Shown here piece after piece: positions 1-12,163 of a stretch of 64,000 bases of DNA. The notes beneath the pieces were generated by a model. The model was not told the origin of the DNA and searched no databases. It saw nothing but the letters and a program-made list of their open reading frames with translations. Numbering within the stretch: the stretch's first letter is position 1; each line of letters starts with the position of its first letter. The DNA lies in NCBI GenBank assembly GCA_964234715.1, contig OZ174276.1; one strand, written 5' to 3'. The position numbers and the translations under genes are program-made. The stretch comes from Podarcis melisellensis (lineage: Eukaryota).

Positions 1-1230
1 CATGTTAGAATCACAAGAATTACATTCCATGTAATCACTTTGATCAAAAGTCAACAAATACAGTCCATCTTTCTCTTTGGCAGAAAGATACAACTCTCCA
101 TCTTTGTAGATCTCGCAGTTCTGATCATCATAGGACAGTTTTAGTCCCTTCTTGGCAATCTGCGAAACACTGAGCAGATTAAACTTCAAATCTGGAACCA
201 AATAAACATTGTTTATAGTCAAGTTCAGACTTTTAAGATACACAGTCCCAATTCCGGTCGCTTCCAGCTTTTGACCGTTGGCTAGTTGCACCACGAAGCT
301 TTGCTTCTTAAACGTAGAAAATAGTCCTCTGTGTCGACACATATGCTGCGTGCATCCGGTGTCTAGGATAAAGAAATTTCCCACCTCTGGTGTGGCTTTT
401 AGCGACATCAAAGCTTTTGCAGTCTTTGCCTTTGGCTTGGTGTGACCTTTGTCTGACGCCTCAGACTTTGTGGAGCTTCCCTTGGCTCCTCTGTGCTGAC
501 GTGGCTTCTTACAGTACCGCTGAAGATGCCCAGTTTGGTCACAATTGTAACATCGGACAACGTTTAAAGCTTTGGCGTTTCCTCCAGTAGCAACAGCAGT
601 GGGGGTGTTAGAACTCCGTTCTTGTCTCCCCCTGTCCTTCACTTCCAGGGCGGAAAGTCTGTCATGTTCATTCAGAACCACGGCAAAGACCCTCTCCGAA
701 GTCAAATCCGCTGCTGGGAGAGACCCCAGCTGACTGGCAACTGTTTTGTAAGTCCGATTCAGGCTGTTGATCACCATGAAGCAAAACACTTCCTCCTGCA
801 AACGGAAATTGCGTTCCACCATCTGTTGACGCAGAAATTTCATTTCCGTCAGGTGCGCTTGAACATCTCCATCAGGCGCAAGCCTCAGGTTGGTCAGCTT
901 CTCAAAATACAGCAACGCTGAAGAACCTGCATCTCTCTGATGTGTCCTTCTCAGCGTATCCCAAACATCTTTCGCGTGGTCTAAATCTTGTATGTGGATC
1001 AACTGCGAATCTGACACGCACAGAATTATAGCCGTTCTGGCCTTCACATCCTGTGACTCCCAAGCACGCGTTGGTGCTGCTGGAATGGGGTTTTCAATCA
1101 CCCCAAACAGTCTCTGATTCTGCAGCAGGGCCTTCATCTTGATAGACCAAGATGCATAATTGTCACTGGTCAGGAGGTCTGGAGTAGGCAGGCCTCCCCC
1201 CTTCTTGGCATCCATTTTGAGTCCTTGCAT
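1..1230 (-). CDS. Ty1/copia gag-pol polyprotein, 5' part (Gag, CCHC zinc knuckle, aspartic protease); open frame continues off the left edge
   Basis: Manual translation from ATG 1230 (or in-frame ATG 1215) to position 1 shows no stop. It reads MDAKKGGGLPTPDLLTSDNYASWSIKMKALL (copia Gag N-terminus), AKDVWDTL, CYNCDQTGHLQRYC (CX2CX4HX4C) and FILDTGCTQHMC...LANGQKLEATGIGTV...NVYLVPDLKFNLLSVSQI (copia protease). Probably absent from the ORF track because it has no stop inside the window. Confidence 0.93.
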   Translation of the reverse strand, partial: MQGLKMDAKKGGGLPTPDLLTSDNYASWSIKMKALLQNQRLFGVIENPIPAAPTRAWESQDVKARTAIILCVSDSQLIHIQDLDHAKDVWDTLRRTHQRDAGSSALLYFEKLTNLRLAPDGDVQAHLTEMKFLRQQMVERNFRLQEEVFCFMVINSLNRTYKTVASQLGSLPAADLTSERVFAVVLNEHDRLSALEVKDRGRQERSSNTPTAVATGGNAKALNVVRCYNCDQTGHLQRYCKKPRQHRGAKGSSTKSEASDKGHTKPKAKTAKALMSLKATPEVGNFFILDTGCTQHMCRHRGLFSTFKKQSFVVQLANGQKLEATGIGTVYLKSLNLTINNVYLVPDLKFNLLSVSQIAKKGLKLSYDDQNCEIYKDGELYLSAKEKDGLYLLTFDQSDYMECNSCDSNM

Positions 1231-1688
1231 TGACTCTCAAACACAAGCCTCTAAAATCCAATAGCTGGCTTGTTTACACTCTGTGCCACCTGGCAGCTCT
1301 CAACGCTGGCTGCGTTGGAATTTTCCAAGAGCTCTTCAGACTGTGTAGTCAAAACATTCCATTTTAACTTTCACTTCTCCTCTCTGAGGCATGGCCTTCG
1401 TTGCTAAGCAACAGCATTCCTTTTCCTTGAACAGGAAAGCACAGGAATGTTTGGAATGCGGTTTCTCTTTTGACTGGAGCTGTGTTCTCAAACGCTGCTC
1501 CCCGTGAAGCAGAGAATAACTCAATCTGCTTTCACTCTTCTAAGCCCGAAAAACTCATACCTGGGCTCCGTTGCTTGGCTGTCAGATTCTTCTGGTCAGC
1601 TTCTGGCTGCAGAGAATCAGCCTTCTCACCTCAGGCTTCCATGGAGGCCACTTCTTGATGCAGAGGTCGATGAAAACAGCAACCGGCG

Positions 1689-1698
1689 TCTGCTACCA
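1689..1698 (-). promoter_or_regulatory. Primer-binding site complementary to the tRNA-iMet 3' end
   Basis: Minus strand TGGTAGCAGA is the complement of vertebrate tRNA-iMet ...TCTGCTACCA. Confidence 0.85.
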
Positions 1699-1699
1699 C

Positions 1700-2177
1700 T
1701 GTTGGAATTCTTGCCCGACCTGAGGTATGTGCCTATCTGTTCAGGCACCGGCTGAATTCCTTAGACCTCCCTCCGGCGACTCCCGGCAGGATAAAACATA
1801 CGCGAGGTCCGTTCCGGCGATTTTCCTCAGGCTGTGAGGAAAACACACCAACTGCTCCTCTCTCCCCTTTGGTGTCCCCAGGGAGGGGAAAGAAGCAGAC
1901 AGAAATCTATTTACATCTTTTATTCCTGTCTTTTACTTCAGTACAGAGAAAACATGTCTGCACTCATCAGCAGTTAGAATAAACTCCTCCCATGTACGTC
2001 CTGTACAGGTCATATGACAAACCCACTGAGCTAACATCCGGTGCTCAGTACAGAATGGACTGCCCCTTTGTTCCCATGGCAACAGTCACAAACTTCCTGT
2101 TTGGCTTTCCAGCCACAAGCAGCAGACTTGGCTGCTATAGCCTTTGCTTGCTGCCGCATTGGTGCTTTAGAATAACA
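1700..2177 (-). repeat. 5' LTR of the copia element (478 bp)
   Basis: TGTT...AACA termini; minus-strand AATAAA at 1919-1924; followed after a 1-nt gap by the PBS. Confidence 0.85.
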
Positions 2178-3691
2178 GGGGTGGGGGGAAAGACTCTGTG
2201 TATGCCTTCAGGGGGTGGCTGTTTCCACCTGCCCCTTGCCCCACCTTCATAAGGGAGCTGCTGCTGGAGGAACTGTGAGGGGGCTTCCTGACCTCTTGCG
2301 TCTAAAAGTTGGGTGGAGGTTGCCACCAGCTTTGGCTCTGCTTTGGAATGTGGCTCTTCTAAACTGGCCATGGGTAAGCTTGATGCTCGCTTCCATTTTC
2401 TTGTATATATTAACTGAACTGTTCCTTATTCCACTGCCTCCCTTTCATGGTACTGATATTATGATAGTTATTCGTGTACTATGGTTATTGTATTTGGCTG
2501 TTCATTTTTTCTGTGAGCCCATGCGCGCACAAATGCTATTTGCAGACCATGCGGCATATAAATAATCTGACTTCTATGATCAAGAGATGCGCTGAATCTG
2601 CCAAGGGCTGGCTGAGTGCATTGGTTTCAGGTGCCTCTTTGCCTCCTGTGTTGTTCCCAGTCCCCCCTCCCCACCCACCCCTCTTTGGCCGCGGAAAGGA
2701 AAAGGGACAGAGATAGCACTAAGCCCTAGGCACCTGCTCTGGCATTTTGAAATGTTAAGATTTGCTTGTGAATGCCATGTTACACACCGTCTCTGGTATG
2801 TTATTGAAAGATGTCCTTTAAGACCCACTGAAGTAGGCAGGCATTGCCTTGTAATTACAGGGTTTATTCTAGCATGCTGGAGTAGAGAAAGACACTGCTC
2901 TGTTATTGTATGGCTGCTTCAGGGATAGCAGCTGCTATATTACTCTAGGTCTCTTCAGGGAAATGGATGTTGCCCTCTTTCAATAGGGCTTGCTCCAAAG
3001 TGCTGGAGTAGGCAGGGCTCCATTATTGTTTGTGCTGCAGGTGAAGGGGCGGGTGGGGGTGATAATCTGTAATTATACGCGCGATCAGGGAGGGGTAGTG
3101 CCTGGCAATGCCTTCTCTTTGCAGTCTGCTCTGGCGACAGCTACTAGAGGGGATGGAGGAGTGGAGGGCTTAAATGCTCAGCTATCATACAATAGCTTTT
3201 CGGATGGGCAGCACTATGACCAGCATTGCTACTTCTAAGTGGGCAAATGTATGTGTTTGTGTGGAGTGGACAGAAGGAACAGGGTGTAGGAGGAAAAGGA
3301 TGGGGAAATAGAGCTGGAGTGATAGTTGGAATGGAGAGAGTGGTCAGCCTTGAAGTGGGGCAATGAGAAGTCTGGACAGGAAGTGACTGGAAGCCGCTGC
3401 GGCTGCCATAGCACCTTCCCAACCAGACTGCCAGTTTGTAACTCATCCATACTAGATGGGCCAATGGTCTGACTCAGAATAAGGCCACTTCCCATATTTG
3501 TATGCTGCTGTGCCTTCCTGCTCCCTGCCTGCTTGACCTGCATCTTTGCACATAGGCTGATATTGCAAAACACCATCCAAGTCTCTGGAGCTCTTTCCTC
3601 CAGCAGAAACAAAAAACACCTGCCACCCTGCAGCCTCTTACAGAAATGCAGGACTTGCCCTGGCATAGGAACATAGAACACTGCACGGGGA

Positions 3692-3790
3692 AGGGCCATA
3701 GCTCAGTGGCAGTGCATCTGCTTGGCATGCAGAAAGTCCCATGTCCAATCCCTGGCATCTCCAGGTGGGGCTGGGAATGTCTCCCTCCTC
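3692..3790 (+). mobile_element. tRNA-Ala-derived SINE, 5' part (degenerate)
   Basis: gggccatagctcagtggcag...tgcttggcatgcagaaagtccc...ccctggcatctcca resembles tRNA-Ala(TGC). Relatives at ~4550-4680 (-), ~59340-59490 (-) and ~59930-60085 (+). Confidence 0.7.
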
Positions 3791-3799
3791 CTCCATCTG

Positions 3800-4430
3800 A
3801 CTGGGATGCCCCAGCCATTCTGGGCAGCTTCCAACATATATAAAAACACAATAAATCTTCAACCATTAAAAACTCTGCTGAACAGGCATGCCTTCAGATG
3901 TCTTCTAAAAGATAGTTGTTTATCTCCTTGACATCTGATGGGAAGGCATTCCACAGAGTGGGTGCTACTACCAAGAAGGCCCTCTGTCTGGTCCCCTGTA
4001 ACTTCACTTCTCGCCGTGAAGGAACTGCCACAAGGCCCTTGGAGCTTGACCTCAGTGTGCAGGTTTGAGAGCCAGTGTGGTGTAGTGGTTAAGAGCGGTA
4101 GTCTTGTAATCTGGGGAACCGGGTTCGAGTCTCCGCTCCTCCACATGCAGCTGCTGGGTGACCTTGGGCTAGTCACACTTCTTTGAAGTCTCTCAGCCCC
4201 ACTTACCTCACAGAGTGTTTGTTGTGGGGGAGGAAGGGAAAGGAGAATGTTAGCCGCTTTGAGACTCCTGAAGGGGAGTGAAAGGCGGGATATCAAATCC
4301 AAACTCTTCTTCTTCTTCTTCTTCTTCAGGTTAGATGGTGGAGGTGGAGACGCTCCTTCAGGTATACAGGACTGAAGCTGTTTAGGGTCTTAAAGGTCAG
4401 CACCGACACCTGGAATTGTGCTAAAAAGGG
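3800..4430 (-). mobile_element. L2-clade LINE 3' fragment, split by a SINE
   Basis: Shares ggagacgctccttcaggtatac...ttaaaggtcagcacc and gaaggccctct..ctggt.ccctgtaacttc motifs with the RT-bearing L2 copy at 51.5-52.9 kb. Confidence 0.8.
4067..4327 (+). mobile_element. Squam3-like CORE-SINE (MIR/Ther1-derived)
   Basis: tRNA-like head gagagccagtgtggtgtagtggttaagagc, CORE gtgaccttgggc.agtcac and (CTT)n tail. Near-identical copies at 18657 and 31216. Confidence 0.85.
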
Positions 4431-5999
4431 TAGCTTAAAGCACTACCTTGGAGAGCTCCTACTGTCCAGGCCCAGCAATACTCAGCTGGATGTCCTCAGA
4501 ATAAGACAGTTTCCGAGGTTCCAGTAGTGCTGCTTTGCACAAGCCCATATAGCCCAATATTGTTAACAGCAGCACCGCCAGTATTTTGAGCAGCAGCCCT
4601 TCCCCAGTCCTTCCTGGAGATGCCAGGGAATTGAACCCAAGACCTCTTGCACGCAAAGCACTAGCTCTGCTCCTGAGTTTGGATCCTTCCTCATCATCCC
4701 ATGAGGAGCCACGAGCTGCCGCCCCAGCCAAACTGATGGGCAGAGCCAGCGGAAGCAAGGAAGGGGCTGAAGGCTGCTCTGCAAACATTGTACTTTGTTG
4801 GGTACTTAATAGCTCTGGATGGATGATGCTGGCTGCCTGGCAAGCAGGCTGCCTCCCTCCCCCCTCCACCCCATCTGGGACAGAACAGGTGGCAAGGCAC
4901 ACACAGAGCAGGGGAGGGGAGGGGAACGGGGCTGCAGCGCTGACGACTGTGCAGTGGTACCCATTCATCAGCCAAGCTATTTATAGGCAATATAACTCCA
5001 CATGTGCTACCTGGCCCAGCACGGCAGCTGCAACAGAGAAGCAGCCATGAGAACAGGGAGAGCGGGGAGCTGAGCAAAGCTCTCAGCCACCTCTCTCTCC
5101 CCCCCCCTTCTCCTGTGGCTTTCCACTATGCAGAACAATGAGTTGAAACCTCTTATTACCCTCCTGCCTCTTGTTTCCTGCATTTGCTTCTAAGGAAATA
5201 AGGAGACTGGGCTTATCTGTGTGCTCCACTGAAAGCCTTCAGCTGAAGGGATTCCTTTTGGTGGCATTATCGGCATCGCCAGAGCTACCGCACAGTTGCA
5301 TGTTGAGGTGGAGTCTCAGAGGGCTCTCTGGCCCTTGCCAGTAGGTTCCATGTAGGCGAGAAGGACAGAGCATGGCTTTACATGCTCCCCGTTCAATCCC
5401 CAGCAACTTGAGGGGTTGCCTGCTGCTAGTCAGAGCAGACAATGCTCAGCCGGGTGGAGCAATGGTTGACTCGGTATATGGCAGCTTCCCCTGTTCCTGG
5501 CTGTAGGATTTATGAGCTTTCCCTTCTGCCCAGGTTTCTCTCAAATCCTTTAGTAATGCCAGGTACATGTAGGGAGGGAGCAATATTGCTGATTCGGTTT
5601 AATGTGCTGAGTTTTTAAATTGCTCATTGCCTAGCCAGGCAGAACTGTGCATGTTGCAACACAAGGCTCCCACCCGAAACGGCATCCCTGTGCCAAGTTC
5701 TTGGCCCTCTTCCTGAAATATTTGGCCACATGCACCCATGCAGTGATGTCATCATGCTGTGCATTCTCACACTTCACTGGCTGACTTATTGATCTTTAAA
5801 GTTGTTTCCCCCCCCAACCCCCTTTAAAAAGGAATTCCTTCCCTGAACCCAGCTGCAAAGAATAAACCCCAGACAGGACAGTTTTAATGTGGCACTGGAA
5901 AGGTTTTTCATTTTCACCATAGAGGGAAATGACAGTTCTGGGGGTATCCTAAGTACACCATATGCAAAACTTGGTAGTTGATTTCCTTCTGCTAAATAT

Positions 6000-7570
6000 A
6001 TTTATTTGTGAACTTATAAGCTGCACTTTCATAAAAGATAATAACAGCAGCAAGGCAGAGTACAACATATAAACACAAAATCAACAGCTCTATCCATAAA
6101 AATGTCATTAAAAACATCAATAGATACAAAAGAAAATTCATGTTGCAAAGGCCTGTCCAAATAAGAATCTGAACGATGGGAGGGATGGTTCCTGCTGAAG
6201 TTCTACTGGCAGGGAGTTCCATAGGGCAGGGCCTGCCAACCAGACCTCAGGGGCATTGGGAACCACCAGAAGTGCCCCATCAGAGCATCTCAGTGATCAA
6301 GGTGGAGCATAAAGAATTTTGAGCCTGAGTAGTTTAGGGCTTTGTACCTTGAACCTAGGGATGCAGGTGGCGCTGTGGGTTAAACCACAGAGCCTAGGAC
6401 TTGCTGATCAGAAGGTCGGCGGTTTGAATCCCCACAACAAGGTTAGCTCCCGTTGCTCAGTCCCTGCTCCTGCCAACCTAGCAGTTCGAAAGCACATCAA
6501 AGTGCAAGTAGATAAATAGGTACCACTCTGGCGGGAAGGTAAACGGCGTTTCCGTATGCTGTTCTGGTTTGCCAGAAGCAGCTTAGTCACGCTGGCCACA
6601 TGACCCGGAAGCTGTACGCCGGCTCCCTCGGCCAATAAAGCGAGATGAGCGCCACAACCCCAGAGTCATCCGCGACTGGACCTAATGGTCAGGGGTCCCT
6701 TTACCTTTTTACATTGAACCTGACCTGGTAGCAAACTGGCAACCAATGCAGCTCTTTCAGCAATGAGGTAACATGTTGCCAGTAATCTGCTCCTATGAGT
6801 GGTCTGGCTGCTGCAACATGAAGCTTGAAGAGCAGCCCCACATAAAAAATGTTGCAAGAAACAAGCCCTGAGGAAATAGATGACACCTTGCTCCAAAACT
6901 CCTAATGACCTCTCCCAAGGGCTTCATATAGATGTTGAATACCACTGGGGACAAAATGGTGCCTTGAGACAGTCTCTGGACACAACCCTGCAGGTAGGAC
7001 TGGAGCCATGCAGCATGGGGCCATCAACACCCATCCTGCAGAGTCAACCCAGAAGGTATCAAAAGTCAGTGACAGAACAAGCAGGGTTGCACCCTCCATC
7101 CTTCTATCTATAAAGGTCATCCATCAGGGGCAACCAAGGCTAATTCAGTCCCGAACCCAGACTGGAATGGATCCAGATAGACAGTCTCATCCAGGAATGT
7201 CTGTGCTTGTTCCACCACAACCCTCTCAATCACCTTCCCCAGAAACTGGACAGTGTTTCAACTGGCCAATAGCTGCACCAATTCATTGGGTCCAGGGCTA
7301 GTTTTCTCCTGTAGTGGTTGCACAACTGTCTCCTTTAAAGTGGCAAGTCCTCCCACCCCACTAATGCAAGACATATTTACTGCTCCCTGGACCCACCTGA
7401 TCAACCCCCCTCCCGGCTCAATTTCACCTGCCATAATGGGCAGGGATCAAGAGGGCATTTAGTTGGACATGTCCCTGCGAGCACCCAGTCCATATCCTCA
7501 GGCCCCGTAAACAGAAATGGTTCCCACAGCCACAAAGGCATAGCACTGGAGTGTGGCCAGAACAGTAGCA
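6000..7570 (-). mobile_element. Old degenerate L2-clade LINE remnant, interrupted by the Sauria SINE
   Basis: Minus frames give L2-like peptides (HVTSLLKELHWLPVCYQVRF; ATLLVLSLTFDT). Confidence 0.65.
6358..6712 (+). mobile_element. Sauria SINE (Squam1)
   Basis: ggtggcgctgtgggttaaacc...caacctagcagttcgaaagc...gtccctttaccttt with Bov-B-type tail; TSD ttgaacct at 6349-6356 and 6714-6721. Confidence 0.9.
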
Positions 7571-9414
7571 TCTAAATTGCTGTGGAGTCGAGTGACTCAA
7601 TCCTCAAATTAACCACAAGTCTTTTTTTAAAAAAGCAACAACGACACACTATAAAATGGGGATCTGGGAACCAGGATGAGTGTGTACCTGTGGCTCTGCT
7701 GCAGGCGCTTCCTCTGCTCCCCCCCCATCCCACCCACAATGCAAATACAACATCTCCCCCCAACTCCACAAACACACATTTTCTCAGTTCCCTCCAGGAT
7801 AGCACTCTGTTCGGTCACTGCAGATGATGCCGCTGGAGCTGTCAATAAAAGAGGCACATCCCTGCAAACGGCACAATTGTCTGCGACGTTAATTAACTTC
7901 GGAGCCAGTCCTTCGTCTCCAGAGATACAGGTGAAGAGCTGGGATTTAGGTCACCCGTGAGATGAGTTTGGTGGCCTCTGCTGCTTTTTCGTTTTCAAAT
8001 GTGGCTGTTAGAGGGTTTTCCCCTAGAATTTAACATCACAAGGCATCCTGATGCAGGATCATAGTCAGTGGTAGGCTCTTTGCTGGCACCAGAATAAGCA
8101 CAGAAAAGGTGTGTGCGTACACAAACACACACACACACATTGGGTTCAAGAAGCAAGGGGAGCCCTAGATGTGGCAAGAGGAACATCAGAACTAGGACAG
8201 CCATGGCCCATAGGTGCTGAGCCACTAGTGGAAGGTGTCAGCAGTGCAGCCCTGCAAGGGGAGAGAGCCTGAGGGTAAGGGGGGGGAGTGTTGGCACTGA
8301 GCTCAAGATGAAGCAGCTTAGCTCTAGGTGCTCTCACACTAGAAGAGATAAAAAATTACAAGCAGGGCTGCCATTTGCATTTGAAAAAGACACCATTGGT
8401 ACTGGGCACAGAAGTTAGGACCCAAAGAAGCTCAGCTTTTTATTTTTTTTAAAAAAGCCAGTTTCTGGTACTGAAGGCTGTGAAATTAGTCTGGAAAGCC
8501 TAATGACATTTCAGAAGGGGGAGAGGTACATTTCCAGAAACCAGAGAACAGGACCTCAGTCTCTCTACAGCCCCTTGTCCTTCCCCCGTGATGTGCAGAA
8601 GCAGAATCAATGTTACAAAATGCCTGCAGATTGGCTTAACTTGCGTCATTTATTGAAGTCCCAGAACTCACATTTTTCCCCCTGCACCTTTTTTTTAAAG
8701 TTCAAAATATGCAAAGCCCAGGAGTGAGGGAATCAGAAAGGAGAAGAAAAATGACCCAACGGGGTGAATATTGAGCATAGCACCAGAATCTGCCTGTTGG
8801 TCACTGGCTGAAATGAGCACCTGGGGGAAGGCACGTCTGGGGCAGCTGAAGAGAAGAGGGCAGGAAAGGGCTGGGGGTGGTCACTGGGGGTGCAAGCGTG
8901 TGATCCTAGCAGGGGTGCTGGAAGAGGCACAGCAAGCCGGGATTGATGTGCTGAAGCAGAGCCGTTTCTGTATGTTTGGAGATGGCAAGACTGGAATAGT
9001 AAAAAGTGCTGCATTGAGAAGTGCATTGGCAAAGCTGCTTCAGGGAGGGGCTGGAGTGTGACAAGGTGTAGCAGCAGGTCATGGCGCAGATGGAGCCGTG
9101 TGTGGGCTGCAGCTGCCAGGGTCCTGCCCTCAGGAATGTTCAGCCTCCTGCCCTCCTGGCCACTTTTGCTTGGAGGTGGGGGCCTTCTCAAAAGCGGCAT
9201 CTTTCTCCATCTCTTCCCCACTCCTAGCCTTTTTCTTTTGCATACCACCCTGTTATCAATAGGGTTGCCCTCAGAAGGCGCCAGGCAGCGAGTGCCACTT
9301 TGTGTTTGTCAAAAAATAAAGCTTCTGCACAGCGCAGAGGAAAGCAGTTAAGGCTTCTGCAGAGCCAGGAGGGGGATAGTTGAGGTAGCTACTTCTGATG
9401 AAGGAGGCACCAAA

Positions 9415-9520
9415 TGCTCTAGGTGTTGTTGGACTACAACTCCCATTAGTGCCAGGCAGCATGGCCAGTTGCTGAGGATGATGGGAGTCGTAGTCCCGTG
9501 ACACCTGTGGGAGGGTCCCT
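9415..9520. mobile_element. Short palindromic hAT-type MITE
   Basis: Inverted arms ggactacaactcccat...gatgggagtcgtagtcc. Relatives at ~24965-25075, ~60580-60700 and ~61405-61540. Confidence 0.65.
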
Positions 9521-10184
9521 TGTCCCTGCTGTAGAGGATACTGCCCTCCATCGATCTCAAAACTGACTGAGCCAGTGTCTCCTGAATCCTTCCTCTAAGC
9601 ATGCTGCCCATGCACTCACCAAGTTATTTAGGCCTCTTTAAAGGGTGCCTTTAAAGGGAGAGCCATCACAAGGCAGTTTACATAAAATGCGTGGTACAAT
9701 ATAAATAATCACAAAATGCTATATTGCATTACAGTAAAGCAACCACTTCAAACAGCAGTAAAAACCAACAACAAGCTTGCAAAATACTGCTGTAGATCAG
9801 CTAAAAATGCTTAAAAACCATTTCAAAGCAGCAGCGTTCTGAAACATTTAAGAGAAAGCAACTTGAAGGAAACAGGTTTTTAAAACTTTTTTTAAAGTCT
9901 GTATTGATAAGGCCATATGTGCATTGATTGAGAGGGAGGGCTCCACAAATGCTGGGCCACCACTGAAAAGCACCTGTCTCTAGAGCTTGCCAAGCTTATT
10001 GGGCAGGCTTACAAGCAGGACCTCTGAACTTGATCTTCAAGCACAGGTAGGTTCATACATGTGAAGGTGACCCTTTAAGTAAATTGGCCTTACAGCACTT
10101 TGAGCCAGTCAGGAAATGCATTGGCAATCACAAACCAGCCAGCCTCATTCCTTTCTCTTGTATGAGAAACTCACAGTAAGGGAA

Positions 10185-10550
10185 CCGCCAGAAGGTTCTC
10201 AGAGCTAGACCTGTGTCTGGGCTGAATGATGGGGATGGAGACGCTCCTTCAGGTATACTGGGCTGAGGCCATTTAGGGCTTTAAAGGTCAGCACCAATAC
10301 TTTGAATTGTGCTTGGAAACGTACTGGGAGCCAGCAAAAATCTCTTAGGATCAGTGTTATATGGTCCTGGCAGCCACTCCCAGTCACCAGCCACATTCTG
10401 GATTAATTGTAGTCACCTTCAAAGGTAGGCCCACAGAGAGTGCAGATAGCCAGAGCATGTACCACTCTGGCGAGATGGTGTGTGGGCAGGCAGAGTCTCA
10501 GCCAGAGTACCAAATGGAGATGGTAGGCAGCTGCCCTAAACTTCCTGACA
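10185..10550 (-). mobile_element. L2-clade LINE 3' fragment
   Basis: ORF 10205-10396 (DHITLILRDFCWLPVRFQAQFKVLVLTFKALNGL) is a typical L2 ORF2 C-terminus. Confidence 0.85.
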
Positions 10551-12163
10551 GTACAAGCTATTCAACATCAGAGCAGACCTGCTTTGGAAGATGGATTCTC
10601 TTTTGCTAGGTTTTCAAGCAGCGGGGCTGGGCGGCCACCTATCATCAGGGATGCTATAATAGTGGATCTCCCGCATCAGCCGGCAGAGTGAGACTGGACT
10701 TTGTAGTCTCTCTCAAGAGCAAGATTAGAGAGAATGTGGGAAGGGGAAAGCCAGCAGGACTGAAATGTGCCAGGTGAGCGCTACATATCAAGAAAGCCAA
10801 AGTGAATAGATCCAAGTGGGGAGAGATGGAGGGCAGCAGACCCAACAAGTTCTCCTAGTAGGCAATGAGCCACTTATTGTGCCTGGGAGCTGTCTGTCAT
10901 GGCAACAGCAGTTTCCCTGCTAAGCCCACCCCCTCTTTCGTACGAACAGCCCACCACTTCAAAATCGAGATCATCACCCTTGATGGGCACTTGCCTTGCC
11001 TCACTGTTAGGGGAGTGAAGCAAGCTGCACTCTGCCCCGGGATGTGTACTTTTCCTGATGTTCATTTGAACTCAGAGCCTCTGGGTCCTCCTCAGATTTC
11101 CTGAGTGATTCAAGCCAGCTTTGTTAATCACTTTGCATTCAAGTTTAAGTGGGGTAGTATGCCATGTTCCCATGGCAACCTCCCCAAGCCATATGAGAGA
11201 TGAGGAGCTGAGTGGTTTTGCAGAGTGTGTGAGAGAGAATTATGCCAAGCCTGCAACAAGGAAGTCTAGGGAGTGTAGGGAGGGCCAGGACAGAAGCATA
11301 ACACTCTGTACAAAGGTTGGGAACAGAATGTGCAGGAACTTCAGTTTCTTCTGTTCACATCTGGCTTCTACACGGAGAGGGAGGGAGGAAAGAGCCTGCA
11401 ATCTGAAACAGGAGTGGAGTACTGGGCAAAGTAGGTAACAGAGGAGAACATGCGGGTCCCATATCAGGACCATGGACAGTGCATTGCATGACCCAGAGAG
11501 AAGAGTCTTGGGTGACCACTCCTGACTGAGTAAGAATGTCTTCCATGAACATGGTTTTAAGTGAGTGACTGTGGAAGCTAATTCTGGACCCTCATGTCCT
11601 TCCACAGTGGGGACATAGGTTTCCAGGCAGGAGTTGATCACGGTGAGGGTTTGTCAAACATGCCTTCCTTAGCTTGTTTCTCCTCTCCACTGAATGATTT
11701 CAGCCACTTTACAGGGCAGTGTTTGCAGGCAGATGAAAAATTCAAAGCAATTTGCCATGCAGAGGTGGTAGGTTTGAAGGATGCCCTCCCTGAAATACTT
11801 AAGCAGAGCAATGATACTGAAGTTGGAATGAGCTCGGGGAGTCAAGCCTGTGGTCAAAGACCCTTCCTGGCTCACTTCATTTTCACCCATGGGGGAAAAA
11901 GAGGCAAGATTGCTTTCTCCTGTTGATGAGAGTACAGTGTACAGTTCCATGGAGAAACACAATGGCTTGTGAGTGACCAGAAAGCGTTAGCAAGAGTTAT
12001 GGGTTGAACCCCCAAAATTCCTTCTTTCTATTGACAGGGTTTGTTATCCAAGGCTAACAACCCTGGGAGAGTAAATCTAAGATAGCAAGCTCTATATCTT
12101 TGTAGAGTAAACAAGCCCCTCCCAAGTCAATTCTTTCTCTTTGCAAGCCCTCATGAAAGCAAT

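Larger units (their letters stand above)
1..2177 (-). mobile_element. Ty1/copia LTR retrotransposon, 5' portion
   Basis: LTR, PBS, ~460-nt leader and gag-protease ORF are in the correct order on the minus strand. Confidence 0.92.
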
